This document shows positions 8,509 to 17,223 of a stretch of DNA of 64,000 nucleotides, piece after piece. Under the pieces are notes generated by a model. The model was not told the origin of the DNA. It searched no databases and saw nothing but the letters and a program-made list of their open reading frames with translations. Origin of the DNA: an uncultured Sutterella sp. (lineage in GTDB: Bacteria; Pseudomonadota; Gammaproteobacteria; Burkholderiales; Burkholderiaceae_F); assembly GCA_900757865.1 (NCBI GenBank), contig CAAEPH010000051.1:7858-71857 (forward strand), written 5' to 3'. Within the stretch, counting starts at the first letter, position 1. Each line of letters begins with the position of its first letter. Both the position numbers and the translations under genes were made by a program.

Positions 8509-10557
8509 ATGAGCAATTATTTAACCAAGGACCTCCGAACCGTCGCTCTTGTAGGACATGGATCTTGTGGAAAAACGTCATTGATTGAGGCAATGCTATA
8601 TCGCTCAGGCATGATCCCCGAACTTGGCAGTGTTGAACGTGGGAATACCATGTGCGACAACGACCCTCTAGAAAAACAAGTTCAACACTCCATCCGCCTA
8701 GCCGTGGCCCACATAGATACAGCCATGCCTGACTTAACGCCCGTGCGTATCCATGTTTTGGATACTCCGGGCTATGCTGACTATTTCGGGCAAGACCTCT
8801 CTGCATTAGATGCCGTCAAATCCGTTTGCGCCGTGATTGACGCGACCAAAGGGGTCGAGTTGCTAACCCGGCGTATGATGGAGGTCGCCAAAGAACGTGG
8901 ACTCTGTCGGATGATCGCCATCAACAAATTCGAAGATCCTAACGTTGACCTTGAAGCCTTGCTCTTGGAGCTTCAAGAAACCTGGGGAGAAGGTGTACTT
9001 CCTATTAATCTCCCTGCTAATGGGCGAAAGATCGTGATTGACTGCTTCGATAAAGACGAAGGTGAAGCCGATATTCGAAGCGTATCTGAAGTGCACAGGG
9101 CCTTTATTGAAAAAATCATCGAAGACGATGACGAAACGCTAGAGCGTTACTTTGAAGAAGGCAGTGTCGACCCAAGAACACTGCACCCTCTTATCACCAA
9201 AGCCTTACGTGAGGGGCGAATCATACCCGTTTGTTTTGTATCAGCTAAAAACCTGATTGGCATCCGCGATTTCATGAAAGTGATTATTCGCCATCTCCCC
9301 AGTCCTGCTGAAGCCAATGACGCATTGTTTGTCACAGCAGACGGCACCCCCTATCGCACGGAACCCGACAAAGACAAACCAGTGATTGCACAAGTCTTTA
9401 AAGTGGTCAACGACCCTTATATTGGGAAAATTGGTATCTTCCGCGTCCACCAAGGCACGATCACGAAGGACTCTAATCTTTACGTAGACAGCCATAAAAA
9501 GAGCTTTAAAGCCGCTCATCCTCTATTGCTCCAGGGGAAAAATACGTCAGAAACCGACAGACTCTCTCCTGGCGATATTGGTGCTCTGGCTAAAGTAGAT
9601 GAACTTCGCTATGGCTCCGTCCTACATTCCGAAGCCGACCTTGACATTCACATGCGCCCCATTAACTTCCCCAAACCCATGTTCGGTGTGGCCGTGAAGC
9701 CAGCGCGTCGAGGTGACGAAGGACGACTCAATGAAGTGTTGGCCAAGATGCTCTCCGAGGATCCTACACTGGCTGTAGACCATGACAAAGTCCTCAATGA
9801 AACGGTCATCCGAGGCTTAACAGAAATGCATGTGAGATCCGTTCTGGATCGAATGAAGGTCGACTTTAACTTGGAGGTCGAAACCGCTACGCCTAGCCTA
9901 CCGTACCGCGAAACCATTGCCGCTCCCGCGGAAGGCCATGCACGACATAAAAAACAAACGGGTGGTACAGGTCAATTCGGCGAAGTCTATTTGCGCATTG
10001 AGCCCTTAGCACGAGGAGAAGGCTTCCAATTCGTTGATGCGGTCAAGGGTGGGGTTATTCCCTTTAATCTGATTCCCGCCGTTGAAAAGGGTGTCCGAGA
10101 AGTCATGGATTCTGGCTATTTAGCGGGCTATCCCTTACAGGATATCCGTGTAACGGTCTATGACGGCAAGAGCCATCCTGTTGATTCAAAAGAAGTCGCC
10201 TTTGTAGCCGCCGCTCGTAAAGCGTTCCTCGACGCCTTATCCAAAGCGTCCCCTCAGATTCTTGAACCGATTGTTCGCATTGACGTAGTAGCGCCTAATG
10301 CGTCCTTTGGCGATATTGCTGGAGACCTCGGGTCACGTCGAGGCCAACTCACTGGGAGCGAAATTGTCAATGATGAAATGACGGAAATTCACGCTTTGGT
10401 TCCTCTTAGTGAACTCGATGGGTATGCCACACGACTTCACGCTCTCACGCAAGGCCAAGGAGCTTGGTCTATGGAGCTCGATAGCTATCAACCCGCTCCC
10501 GCCAGCAAACAGGCTGAATTAGCCTCGCACTATACTCGAGTGGCAGAAGAGGATTAA
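8509..10557 (+). CDS. Elongation factor G-like GTPase (EF-G paralog, about 680-aa short form)
   Basis: G1 motif GHGSCGKTS, G3 motif DTPGYADYF and G4 motif NKFED are present. Domains II to V are EF-G-like (GTGQFGEVYLRIEPL, GYPLQDIRVTVYDGKSHPVDSKE). The length and domain layout match EF-G2-type paralogs. Confidence 0.8.
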   Translation: MSNYLTKDLRTVALVGHGSCGKTSLIEAMLYRSGMIPELGSVERGNTMCDNDPLEKQVQHSIRLAVAHIDTAMPDLTPVRIHVLDTPGYADYFGQDLSALDAVKSVCAVIDATKGVELLTRRMMEVAKERGLCRMIAINKFEDPNVDLEALLLELQETWGEGVLPINLPANGRKIVIDCFDKDEGEADIRSVSEVHRAFIEKIIEDDDETLERYFEEGSVDPRTLHPLITKALREGRIIPVCFVSAKNLIGIRDFMKVIIRHLPSPAEANDALFVTADGTPYRTEPDKDKPVIAQVFKVVNDPYIGKIGIFRVHQGTITKDSNLYVDSHKKSFKAAHPLLLQGKNTSETDRLSPGDIGALAKVDELRYGSVLHSEADLDIHMRPINFPKPMFGVAVKPARRGDEGRLNEVLAKMLSEDPTLAVDHDKVLNETVIRGLTEMHVRSVLDRMKVDFNLEVETATPSLPYRETIAAPAEGHARHKKQTGGTGQFGEVYLRIEPLARGEGFQFVDAVKGGVIPFNLIPAVEKGVREVMDSGYLAGYPLQDIRVTVYDGKSHPVDSKEVAFVAAARKAFLDALSKASPQILEPIVRIDVVAPNASFGDIAGDLGSRRGQLTGSEIVNDEMTEIHALVPLSELDGYATRLHALTQGQGAWSMELDSYQPAPASKQAELASHYTRVAEED

Positions 10558-10580
10558 AGAGACTCTCGCTCTCACCTCCA

Positions 10581-10611
10581 CTACCCAGGGTTAACCTGGG
10601 TAGTTTTTTTG
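10581..10611 (+). terminator. Rho-independent terminator after the EF-G-like gene
   Basis: CTACCCAGGG-TTAA-CCTGGGTAG followed by TTTTTTT. Confidence 0.6.
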
Positions 10612-10805
10612 GGGGAGCGGGCTAGCTCGTCCATCCTTAGACCGCTCAGAAACGATCCAATACCCAGAAACAGTATAGGTCCAAACCTGTTTTCTGTTAA
10701 ACTTCGCGTATTTTCTAGGATTGTCTTGGGTAAGATAATCCTGAAGGATAGCCAGTAGCACTCGAGCTGACCATCCTCCCCATTATTGTTCTTTGTATTT
10801 TCATC

Positions 10806-11030
10806 ATGCCTATTTACGCTTATAAATGCTCTCACTGCGGGTACCAGCACGATTATCTGCAGAAGATGAGTGATAAACCCTTAACCACTTGCCCACAATG
10901 TGGCGAGGAAACCTTGGTGAAAGAGTTGTCTGCTCCTGGTTTTGAGCTTAAAGGCTCGGGTTGGGCAGCTACGGACTTTAACGGAGGCCACAAAGCACTG
11001 CCCGCCTCCCACAGTAAACCAAAGTCTTAA
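10806..11030 (+). CDS. FmdB-family zinc-ribbon protein
   Basis: MPIYAYKCSHCGYQHDYLQKMSDKPLTTCPQCGE carries the CxxC...CxxC zinc ribbon of the FmdB family. It occupies the conserved position upstream of DUF502 and aspS. Confidence 0.7.
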   Translation: MPIYAYKCSHCGYQHDYLQKMSDKPLTTCPQCGEETLVKELSAPGFELKGSGWAATDFNGGHKALPASHSKPKS

Positions 11031-11091
11031 TCGTTCCATACGGGGGATTACACATCTCCCGTTTTTTTATCCTTTCGTCAAGGATCTACCC

Positions 11092-11736
11092 ATGTTAAAA
11101 AAATACTTTACTGCGGGACTATTACTGTGGCTACCTCTAGTCATTACCCTATGGATCCTCGAATCCATCATTCGCTGGAGTGACGCCATTGTCAATTTGC
11201 TCCCAAAAGAGTTCCATCCTGAAGTGATCCTAGGTTTTCATATCCCAGGAATCGGACTGGTTCTAGCCTTGATCACCATTTTTATCACGGGTATTTTAGT
11301 TGCTAATTTTATTGGTCAAGCGGTCGTTCACCTCTGGGAAAGTCTTCTAAACCGTATTCCGTTTGTCCGTCCTATTTATTCAGGTGTCAAGCAAATCGCC
11401 TCGACCATCCTCTCGGACAACACGGAAAGCTTCAAAGAAGTCGTACTCATCGAATTTCCTCAAAAATCCCAATGGACGCTCGGCTTTATCGTTTCGACCC
11501 CGAGCAAGCAATTAGCAAACATCGTCGATGAGCCCGAGCTCGTCACGGTTTACATTCCCACGGCACCCAATCCCACGTCGGGTTATGTTGTGATGGTTGC
11601 TCCTGACCAAGTTAAAACCACCGATATTTCTGTGGATGCAGCCTTTAAATTTCATCTTTCCTTGGGAGTTATGACCCCAACGACAGGGTTAAATCAAAAA
11701 AAATCAACTGATCAACCCTATGCAGACAAGTCCTAA
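11092..11736 (+). CDS. DUF502-family inner membrane protein
   Basis: Start taken at MLKKYFTAGLLLWLPLVITLWILES, with an AGGATC SD site. There are two N-terminal TM helices. The FmdB-DUF502-aspS order is conserved in betaproteobacteria. The ORF-track start at 10942 overlaps FmdB and is probably too long. Confidence 0.65.
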   Translation: MLKKYFTAGLLLWLPLVITLWILESIIRWSDAIVNLLPKEFHPEVILGFHIPGIGLVLALITIFITGILVANFIGQAVVHLWESLLNRIPFVRPIYSGVKQIASTILSDNTESFKEVVLIEFPQKSQWTLGFIVSTPSKQLANIVDEPELVTVYIPTAPNPTSGYVVMVAPDQVKTTDISVDAAFKFHLSLGVMTPTTGLNQKKSTDQPYADKS

Positions 11737-11908
11737 CCCCGTTTTACGCCATAAACACGTTCGATAGGGGTAAACTTAATAAGCTTGTCTTTGCTTTGCA
11801 AAGCACAGTTCAACAATGAGCCACTTCTCAGAGCGGCTCTTACGTTAGACCCTCAGCATGTTCGTTACACCATAATTTTCTGGTGTTAACTCTTTTTTCG
11901 GAGCTTTT

Positions 11909-13720
11909 ATGAGAACCGTATACTCAGGCTTGGTTGATGAAAAACTCATCGGTCAGACCGTAACGCTTTACGGCTGGGCACATCGTCGCCGTGACCACGG
12001 TGGTGTTATCTTCATCGACCTGCGAGATCGTGAAGGCCTTGTCCAAGTCGTTTGCGACCCTGATCGCCCTGACGTTTTTGCAACGGCAGATAAGTGCCGT
12101 AATGAATATTGCTTGGAAGTGGTTGGGGTAGTTCGTGCCCGTCCCGAAGGGACCAAGAATCCCTCGCTCATCTCTGGTGGTGTCGAAGTTCTTTGCCATG
12201 AGTTGAAGATTTTGAATCCTTCAGCCACACCACCGTTCCATCTCGACGACGAAAACCTGTCTGAAACAACACGTTTAACCTATCGTGTGCTCGATTTGCG
12301 TCGTCCGATGATGCAAAAGAATCTTCGTACGCGTTATCGCGCAGCGATGGCCTTCCGTAAATTCTTAGATAAGCACGGGTTTATTGATATCGAAACTCCG
12401 ATGTTAACGCGCTCCACTCCAGAAGGAGCCCGTGACTATCTCGTTCCTTCGCGTGTCCAGGATGGCTGTTTCTATGCTTTGCCACAGTCTCCTCAACTGT
12501 TTAAGCAGTTGCTAATGTGCGCTGGTTTTGACCGCTATTATCAGATTGTCAAATGCTTCCGCGATGAGGACCTTCGTGCGGACCGCCAGCCTGAATTTAC
12601 GCAGGTCGATATCGAAACCTCCTTCCTCACCATGGACGAAATTCGTGCGTTGATGGAAGAGCTCATTCGCACCGTCTTCAAAGAGGTCTTGGATGTGGAT
12701 CTCAAGAATCCCTTCCCTGTCATGCTCTATGATGACGCCATGTCCAAGTATGGCTCCGATAAGCCCGACCTCCGTGTGAATCTGCAACTCGTAGAAGTGA
12801 CGGATTTGGTCGCGAACTCGGCCTTTAAAGTCTTCTCTGGCGTTAAAGACTTGCACAACGGTAAAGTGGTTGCCTTACGTGTGCCTGGCGCCGCCGCCAT
12901 GCCCCGCTCCGAAATCGATACCTACACCGAGTTTGTCAAAATTTACGGAGCGAAAGGTCTTGCCTACATCAAGATCAATGATCTTGAGAAAGGTCGTGAA
13001 GGTCTGCAGAGCCCCATTGTGAAGAATCTCTCTGATGAAGAACTCAAGGGGATTCTTGACGCAACCCATGCACAAACGGGCGATGTGATCTTCTTTGGTG
13101 CCGATAAAGCCAAGATCGTTTGGGACAGTTTGGGCGCTCTCCGCCTGAAGATCGGCCATTCCGAATTTGGTAAGAAGACCGGGCTTTTCACACCAGGTTG
13201 GCAACCTCTTTGGGTAATCAACTTCCCCATGTTCGAGTACTCCGAAGAAGATCAACGCTGGGTGGCGATGCACCATCCCTTCACCAGCCCCTTGGATGGT
13301 CATGAAGACCTCTTAAACACCGATCCCGAACACGCTTACGCCAAGGCCTATGACATGGTCTTGAATGGTTGGGAAATCGGCGGTGGCTCGATCCGTATTC
13401 ACCGCGAAGATGTTCAAGAAAAGGTCTTCCGCGCCTTGAAGATTGGCCCGGAAGAAGCTCGCCAGAAATTTGGCTTCTTGCTCGACGCTTTGCAGTTTGG
13501 TGCGCCACCTCATGGTGGTCTTGCCTTCGGGTTAGACCGCATCGTTACCATGATGTGCGAAGCCGATTCCATCCGCGACGTGATCGCCTTCCCGAAGACG
13601 CAGCGTGCACAGTGCTTGCTAACACAAGCGCCTGCCGAAGTTGAAGAAAAGCAACTCCGAGAATTGCATATTCGTCTTCGTAACGAACCGAAGAAGGCTC
13701 ATGACATTGCTGGTCAATAA
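11909..13720 (+). CDS. aspS: Aspartate--tRNA ligase
   Basis: 603 aa with the anticodon-binding OB fold ([26 protein letters not shown]) and class II motifs ([35 protein letters not shown]). Confidence 0.95.
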   Translation: MRTVYSGLVDEKLIGQTVTLYGWAHRRRDHGGVIFIDLRDREGLVQVVCDPDRPDVFATADKCRNEYCLEVVGVVRARPEGTKNPSLISGGVEVLCHELKILNPSATPPFHLDDENLSETTRLTYRVLDLRRPMMQKNLRTRYRAAMAFRKFLDKHGFIDIETPMLTRSTPEGARDYLVPSRVQDGCFYALPQSPQLFKQLLMCAGFDRYYQIVKCFRDEDLRADRQPEFTQVDIETSFLTMDEIRALMEELIRTVFKEVLDVDLKNPFPVMLYDDAMSKYGSDKPDLRVNLQLVEVTDLVANSAFKVFSGVKDLHNGKVVALRVPGAAAMPRSEIDTYTEFVKIYGAKGLAYIKINDLEKGREGLQSPIVKNLSDEELKGILDATHAQTGDVIFFGADKAKIVWDSLGALRLKIGHSEFGKKTGLFTPGWQPLWVINFPMFEYSEEDQRWVAMHHPFTSPLDGHEDLLNTDPEHAYAKAYDMVLNGWEIGGGSIRIHREDVQEKVFRALKIGPEEARQKFGFLLDALQFGAPPHGGLAFGLDRIVTMMCEADSIRDVIAFPKTQRAQCLLTQAPAEVEEKQLRELHIRLRNEPKKAHDIAGQ

Positions 13721-13737
13721 CTAAGTTTGAGCTGGCT

Positions 13738-13772
13738 AAAGTGGCGCGAAATACTTTGCGCCACTTTTTTTC
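13738..13772. terminator. Bidirectional terminator shared by aspS and the convergent primase-like gene
   Basis: AAAGTGGCGC-loop-GCGCCACTTTTTTT. Confidence 0.6.
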
Positions 13773-13782
13773 ACTGTTGTGA

Positions 13783-14775
13783 TTAGTGTCTTAACAAGAC
13801 ATCATTCCAATCCCAGCCTTGTTGTTCAGGAATTTTTATCGTCACCTGTTTTTCTGGATAGAGACGATGCCAAGTCTGTGCCAATTGCCAGGCCGCCGCT
13901 TGACCGCTATAACTGGCGTCGTTATCACCAAAAATCACCAGATGTTCTACACATGTAGGCAGAGTGTCTACATTCTGAAATCCATTTAAACACACTGCAC
14001 TCCACGTTGGTACACCAAAGAGTTGCGCTGCCGAAAGCGCTGTTTCAATGCCTTCTGCGACGCCAAGTGTTCGTCCAGGTTCATAGAGCTGAATCCAGCC
14101 GCCTTTAATCGGTCCTCTACAGAGTTTTTTGGGGCTATTCACAGGTGCTTTAGCACCGTCCACACGCAGATAAGTTCGATGAACATTGATCAGGTGGTCT
14201 TCTAGGTCGGTTAGACGAGCCAACATAGCAGGCCAAGCCTCATGAGCGACAACCGTATCGTCTTCCTTCTCCCAGTAGTCTAATAATGGTGAAAATCGTA
14301 AAACATCGCGTTGCAAAAGCTCATCAGACAAGGCAATGCCTCTATGTGCGAGATAAGAAAGTACAGGATTCGTAGCTGTCAGGGTTTTGAGAGTAATCGC
14401 GTGTTCCCATAAGTCATCGATCACCCGACTTGTTACGTCATCCGTTTTTCTATGAGGCCCTCCTTGTTTTGGGCTCACCTCAACATTTAATGCTCTACCC
14501 AAAAAGATGAGAGTTTGCCAAAACGTTTCATGCCGGTATTGGCGGATAAGATCAATCCCATCACCATGCCCGCATCCGCGGCAAAACCAATACCCATCTT
14601 CCGATTTGGGGTAGAAACTAAAACGATCGCGCCCTCCACATAAAGGGCAAGGACGGTTGACTTTTCGAAAGTGAGAGCCATTCATCCCAGCCTGCTCAAA
14701 TAAATGAACCCATTGCCCACGTGCTCGTCTTTTTATTTCCCCTAAAACATCGGAAAATTCTTGCGACATTCCCAC
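13783..14775 (-). CDS. Phage/plasmid P4-alpha-type primase module: primase-helicase zinc-binding ribbon plus Toprim domain, with no helicase domain
   Basis: CPLCGGRDRFSF...CRGCGHGDGIDL matches the Prim_Zn_Ribbon pattern. A Toprim core follows (GVAEGIETALSAAQLFGVPTWSAVCLNG ... LVIFGDNDASYSGQAAAWQLA, the E...DxD motif). Confidence 0.7.
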   Translation of the reverse strand: MGMSQEFSDVLGEIKRRARGQWVHLFEQAGMNGSHFRKVNRPCPLCGGRDRFSFYPKSEDGYWFCRGCGHGDGIDLIRQYRHETFWQTLIFLGRALNVEVSPKQGGPHRKTDDVTSRVIDDLWEHAITLKTLTATNPVLSYLAHRGIALSDELLQRDVLRFSPLLDYWEKEDDTVVAHEAWPAMLARLTDLEDHLINVHRTYLRVDGAKAPVNSPKKLCRGPIKGGWIQLYEPGRTLGVAEGIETALSAAQLFGVPTWSAVCLNGFQNVDTLPTCVEHLVIFGDNDASYSGQAAAWQLAQTWHRLYPEKQVTIKIPEQQGWDWNDVLLRH

Positions 14776-14955
14776 TCCCTTCGACTGACCAAGTTAATAA
14801 AGATCCTTCTTAGAAACAGTCATTGGATGGCAAGAGAGGGGTTGACTCCCATGAGATCTAAAGACTATTCCCTATTTAGTCCATGTTAACATACTGTTCT
14901 TCAGAGCTAACTAAGGAAAGTCCCAATGCTCTATTCATGACTTTTAGGCTAAGTG

Positions 14956-15204
14956 TTAATGAGACTCTATGGGAGCCTCTTTTTCTTTGTAATCACAAAC
15001 TAAGCTATTCACCAGATTATGCAGAGCCTGTTTATAGGCTTCTTTTCCAACACCAAGCAATACGGCGTCTTCATACATCGTTTGCAGAACATCACGAGCC
15101 TCTTCCCAATTTTCATTCAGGACTTTAACGCTCTCTGTGCATGAAACCGTTGTCCCATCTACGCGTAACCAGCGGATAGGGCATGTCTTTTTTTCGTTCG
15201 TCAT
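14956..15204 (-). CDS. Hypothetical 82-aa protein, translationally coupled to the upstream aldolase gene
   Basis: Its start overlaps the aldolase stop in an ATGA junction. It shares no antisense overlap with another gene. I do not recognise a family. Confidence 0.4.
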   Translation of the reverse strand: MTNEKKTCPIRWLRVDGTTVSCTESVKVLNENWEEARDVLQTMYEDAVLLGVGKEAYKQALHNLVNSLVCDYKEKEAPIESH

Positions 15205-15893
15205 TCTTGTTCAGAATCCTTCACGACTTGACCATAAGTCTTAAACTTTTCAAGTACTTTCCTCATTTCCATTTCCGATAGAAGCTCGACCGAACCCAAT
15301 CCACGCACAATCACGTATTGATGAGCTAAGTTCTCCACCTCATTGGCCAAACTGATAGCCTCATGAAGCGTTTTCCCACACACTAAAACGCCATGGTGTG
15401 CAAGCAGTGTCGCTTTTTTATCTGCTAGCGCTTTAGCCGCTCTGGTGGCCAACTCACTGGAGCCAAATGTGGCATAAGGAGTCACATCTATACTCATGCC
15501 TCCAGCCGCTGCCACCATGTAATGAAAAGGAGGAATACTGAGACCTTGGCAAGCTAAAGCCGTTGCATATAAAGAGTGCGTGTGCACGACGGCAGCCATA
15601 TCTGCTCGCTGTCGATAAACCCTCGCATGCATTTCCCATTCGCTTGAGGGACGATAAGGTCCTAGAGCTCGATTAACGGATAGCGGATCGTTTAAAGGCA
15701 ACCAAACAAGAGCTGACTCGGTCAATTCTTCATAAGGAAGCCCGCTCGGCGTAATCCAGAATCCATCTTGGCCGTCCTCATTTGTGGTGCGAGCTGACAC
15801 ATTACCTGACTTGTTGCAATTTAGACCTAACCGACTCAACCGAAGGGCCGCTTCGACAATATGAGTCTTCAGGTTCTGAGTATCGTCCGACAT
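15201..15893 (-). CDS. Class II aldolase, FucA-like: probable 5-methylthioribulose-1-P/5-deoxyribulose-1-P aldolase of the DHAP shunt (Ald2-type), or MtnB-like
   Basis: Strong resemblance to L-fuculose-phosphate aldolase along the whole length (RLGLNCNKSGNVSAR, AAVVHTHSLYATALA, HYMVAAAGG, LLAHHGVLVCGKTLHEAISLANEVENLAHQY, VLEKFKTYG). Start taken at MSDDTQ at 15893 by alignment to FucA. Its start is 1 nt downstream of the mtnA stop. Confidence 0.75.
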   Translation of the reverse strand: MSDDTQNLKTHIVEAALRLSRLGLNCNKSGNVSARTTNEDGQDGFWITPSGLPYEELTESALVWLPLNDPLSVNRALGPYRPSSEWEMHARVYRQRADMAAVVHTHSLYATALACQGLSIPPFHYMVAAAGGMSIDVTPYATFGSSELATRAAKALADKKATLLAHHGVLVCGKTLHEAISLANEVENLAHQYVIVRGLGSVELLSEMEMRKVLEKFKTYGQVVKDSEQE

Positions 15894-15894
15894 C

Positions 15895-16983
15895 TCAATC
15901 TTCTTTGGTAATAGGGGGCATTCTAGAGACAAGGTCTGTTGGGGAATAAATTCCTGTCTCTGTAATAATAGCCGTCACAAATCGATTATGAGTCACATCA
16001 AAAGCTGGATTAGATGTTGCGGTATTCGCGGGAGCCAATTGCACACTCGAGAGCTGCCCCTGTGAGTCCAGTCCTTTGATCTGCAAAACCTCTTCACTAG
16101 CTCGATCTTCAATGGGTATCTCCCGTTTGCCATCATTTAAGGTCCAATCAATCGTACTTTCCGGTGCTGCAACATAAAATGGGATGTCATTGTCCTTGGC
16201 TGCCAAGGCCTTCAGGTAAGTGCCAATCTTATTAGCGACATCTCCACGGCGAGTAATGCGGTCAGCGCCAACAATAACCATATCCACATCACCGTGTTGC
16301 ATCAGTTGACCACCAGCATTATCCACAATCAAAGTGTGTGGAATGCCTTGCTCAGCCAACTCCCAAGCGGTTAATAAACCCTGGTTGCGGGGACGTGTCT
16401 CGTCTACCCACACATGCACAGGGACTCCTTGCTCAAACGCCAGATATATGGGAGAGAGCGCGGTTCCATAATCCACCGTAGCTAACCAGCCAGCATTACA
16501 GTGCGTCAACACATTGACTGGGCGACGGCATTTGCGGTATTTGTCAGCAATTAATGTGGCTCCTATTTCACCAATCTTGCGGCATGTCAACACATCCGCT
16601 TGTGTCAATTCTTCGGCCATCTTAAGAGCTACGTCTAAACGCTGTTGAGGATCTCGAGGCAAAAGATACCCCAGCATTTTTCTAACACCCCAAGACAAGT
16701 TCACCGCAGTAGGGCGAGCGTTCATGATGACATCAGCAACGCGAATTAAAGCATCGTTATTGGGATTTTCACGAACCGCCAACACAACAGCCCAGATCCC
16801 CGTAATACCAATCAGAGGGGCCCCACGAACTCTCATGGTTTTGATGGCCTCTACACAATCTCGCCAATCGTTCAACTCTCTGAATTTCAATTCATAGGGA
16901 AGAAGCGTTTGATCAATAATTTCGACGGCCTCTCCATTACGTATGGACCGAATTGTGCGACGACATTGTCCGCCTACTTTCAT
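15895..16983 (-). CDS. mtnA: S-methyl-5-thioribose-1-phosphate isomerase
   Basis: eIF-2B alpha/beta/delta-type isomerase motifs (RGAPLIGITG, GADRITRRGDVANKIGTY, VDETRPRNQG). Start taken at MKVGG, which has a GGAG SD site. Confidence 0.85.
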   Translation of the reverse strand: MKVGGQCRRTIRSIRNGEAVEIIDQTLLPYELKFRELNDWRDCVEAIKTMRVRGAPLIGITGIWAVVLAVRENPNNDALIRVADVIMNARPTAVNLSWGVRKMLGYLLPRDPQQRLDVALKMAEELTQADVLTCRKIGEIGATLIADKYRKCRRPVNVLTHCNAGWLATVDYGTALSPIYLAFEQGVPVHVWVDETRPRNQGLLTAWELAEQGIPHTLIVDNAGGQLMQHGDVDMVIVGADRITRRGDVANKIGTYLKALAAKDNDIPFYVAAPESTIDWTLNDGKREIPIEDRASEEVLQIKGLDSQGQLSSVQLAPANTATSNPAFDVTHNRFVTAIITETGIYSPTDLVSRMPPITKED

Positions 16984-17223
16984 ATAGCCACTCCATTGCA
17001 CTGTCTAGGGGAAAAATGGGTTGAGCTCGTTTGCTTACGCGTTATTCACACCCTATGCGCTCCGTCTATCCTCAGTCAAAAAAGCGCAAACTCACTCCTT
17101 TATTCATTGTATAGCCTCAAGTTGACATTGACGAGTGTTGTAACCTTTGCTCTCTTGCTCTGCCATTGTACTGATCCGTACTTTTTCACTTATTTATAAT
17201 AGATAATCAACCTAACTTCTTTT

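Noticed and set aside
10581-10850. 89-aa minus-strand ORF in the EF-G-like/FmdB intergenic region
   Set aside because: It overlaps the terminator hairpin and the fmdB start. There is no SD site, and the sequence is low-complexity. It is probably non-coding.
13783-14955. Possibility of an intact prophage, satellite or ICE at the primase locus
   Set aside because: There is only one element-type gene. No integrase, excisionase, helicase, capsid gene or att direct repeats are present, and both flanks are core genes. An intact mobile element is not supported, so it is treated as an orphan remnant under findings.
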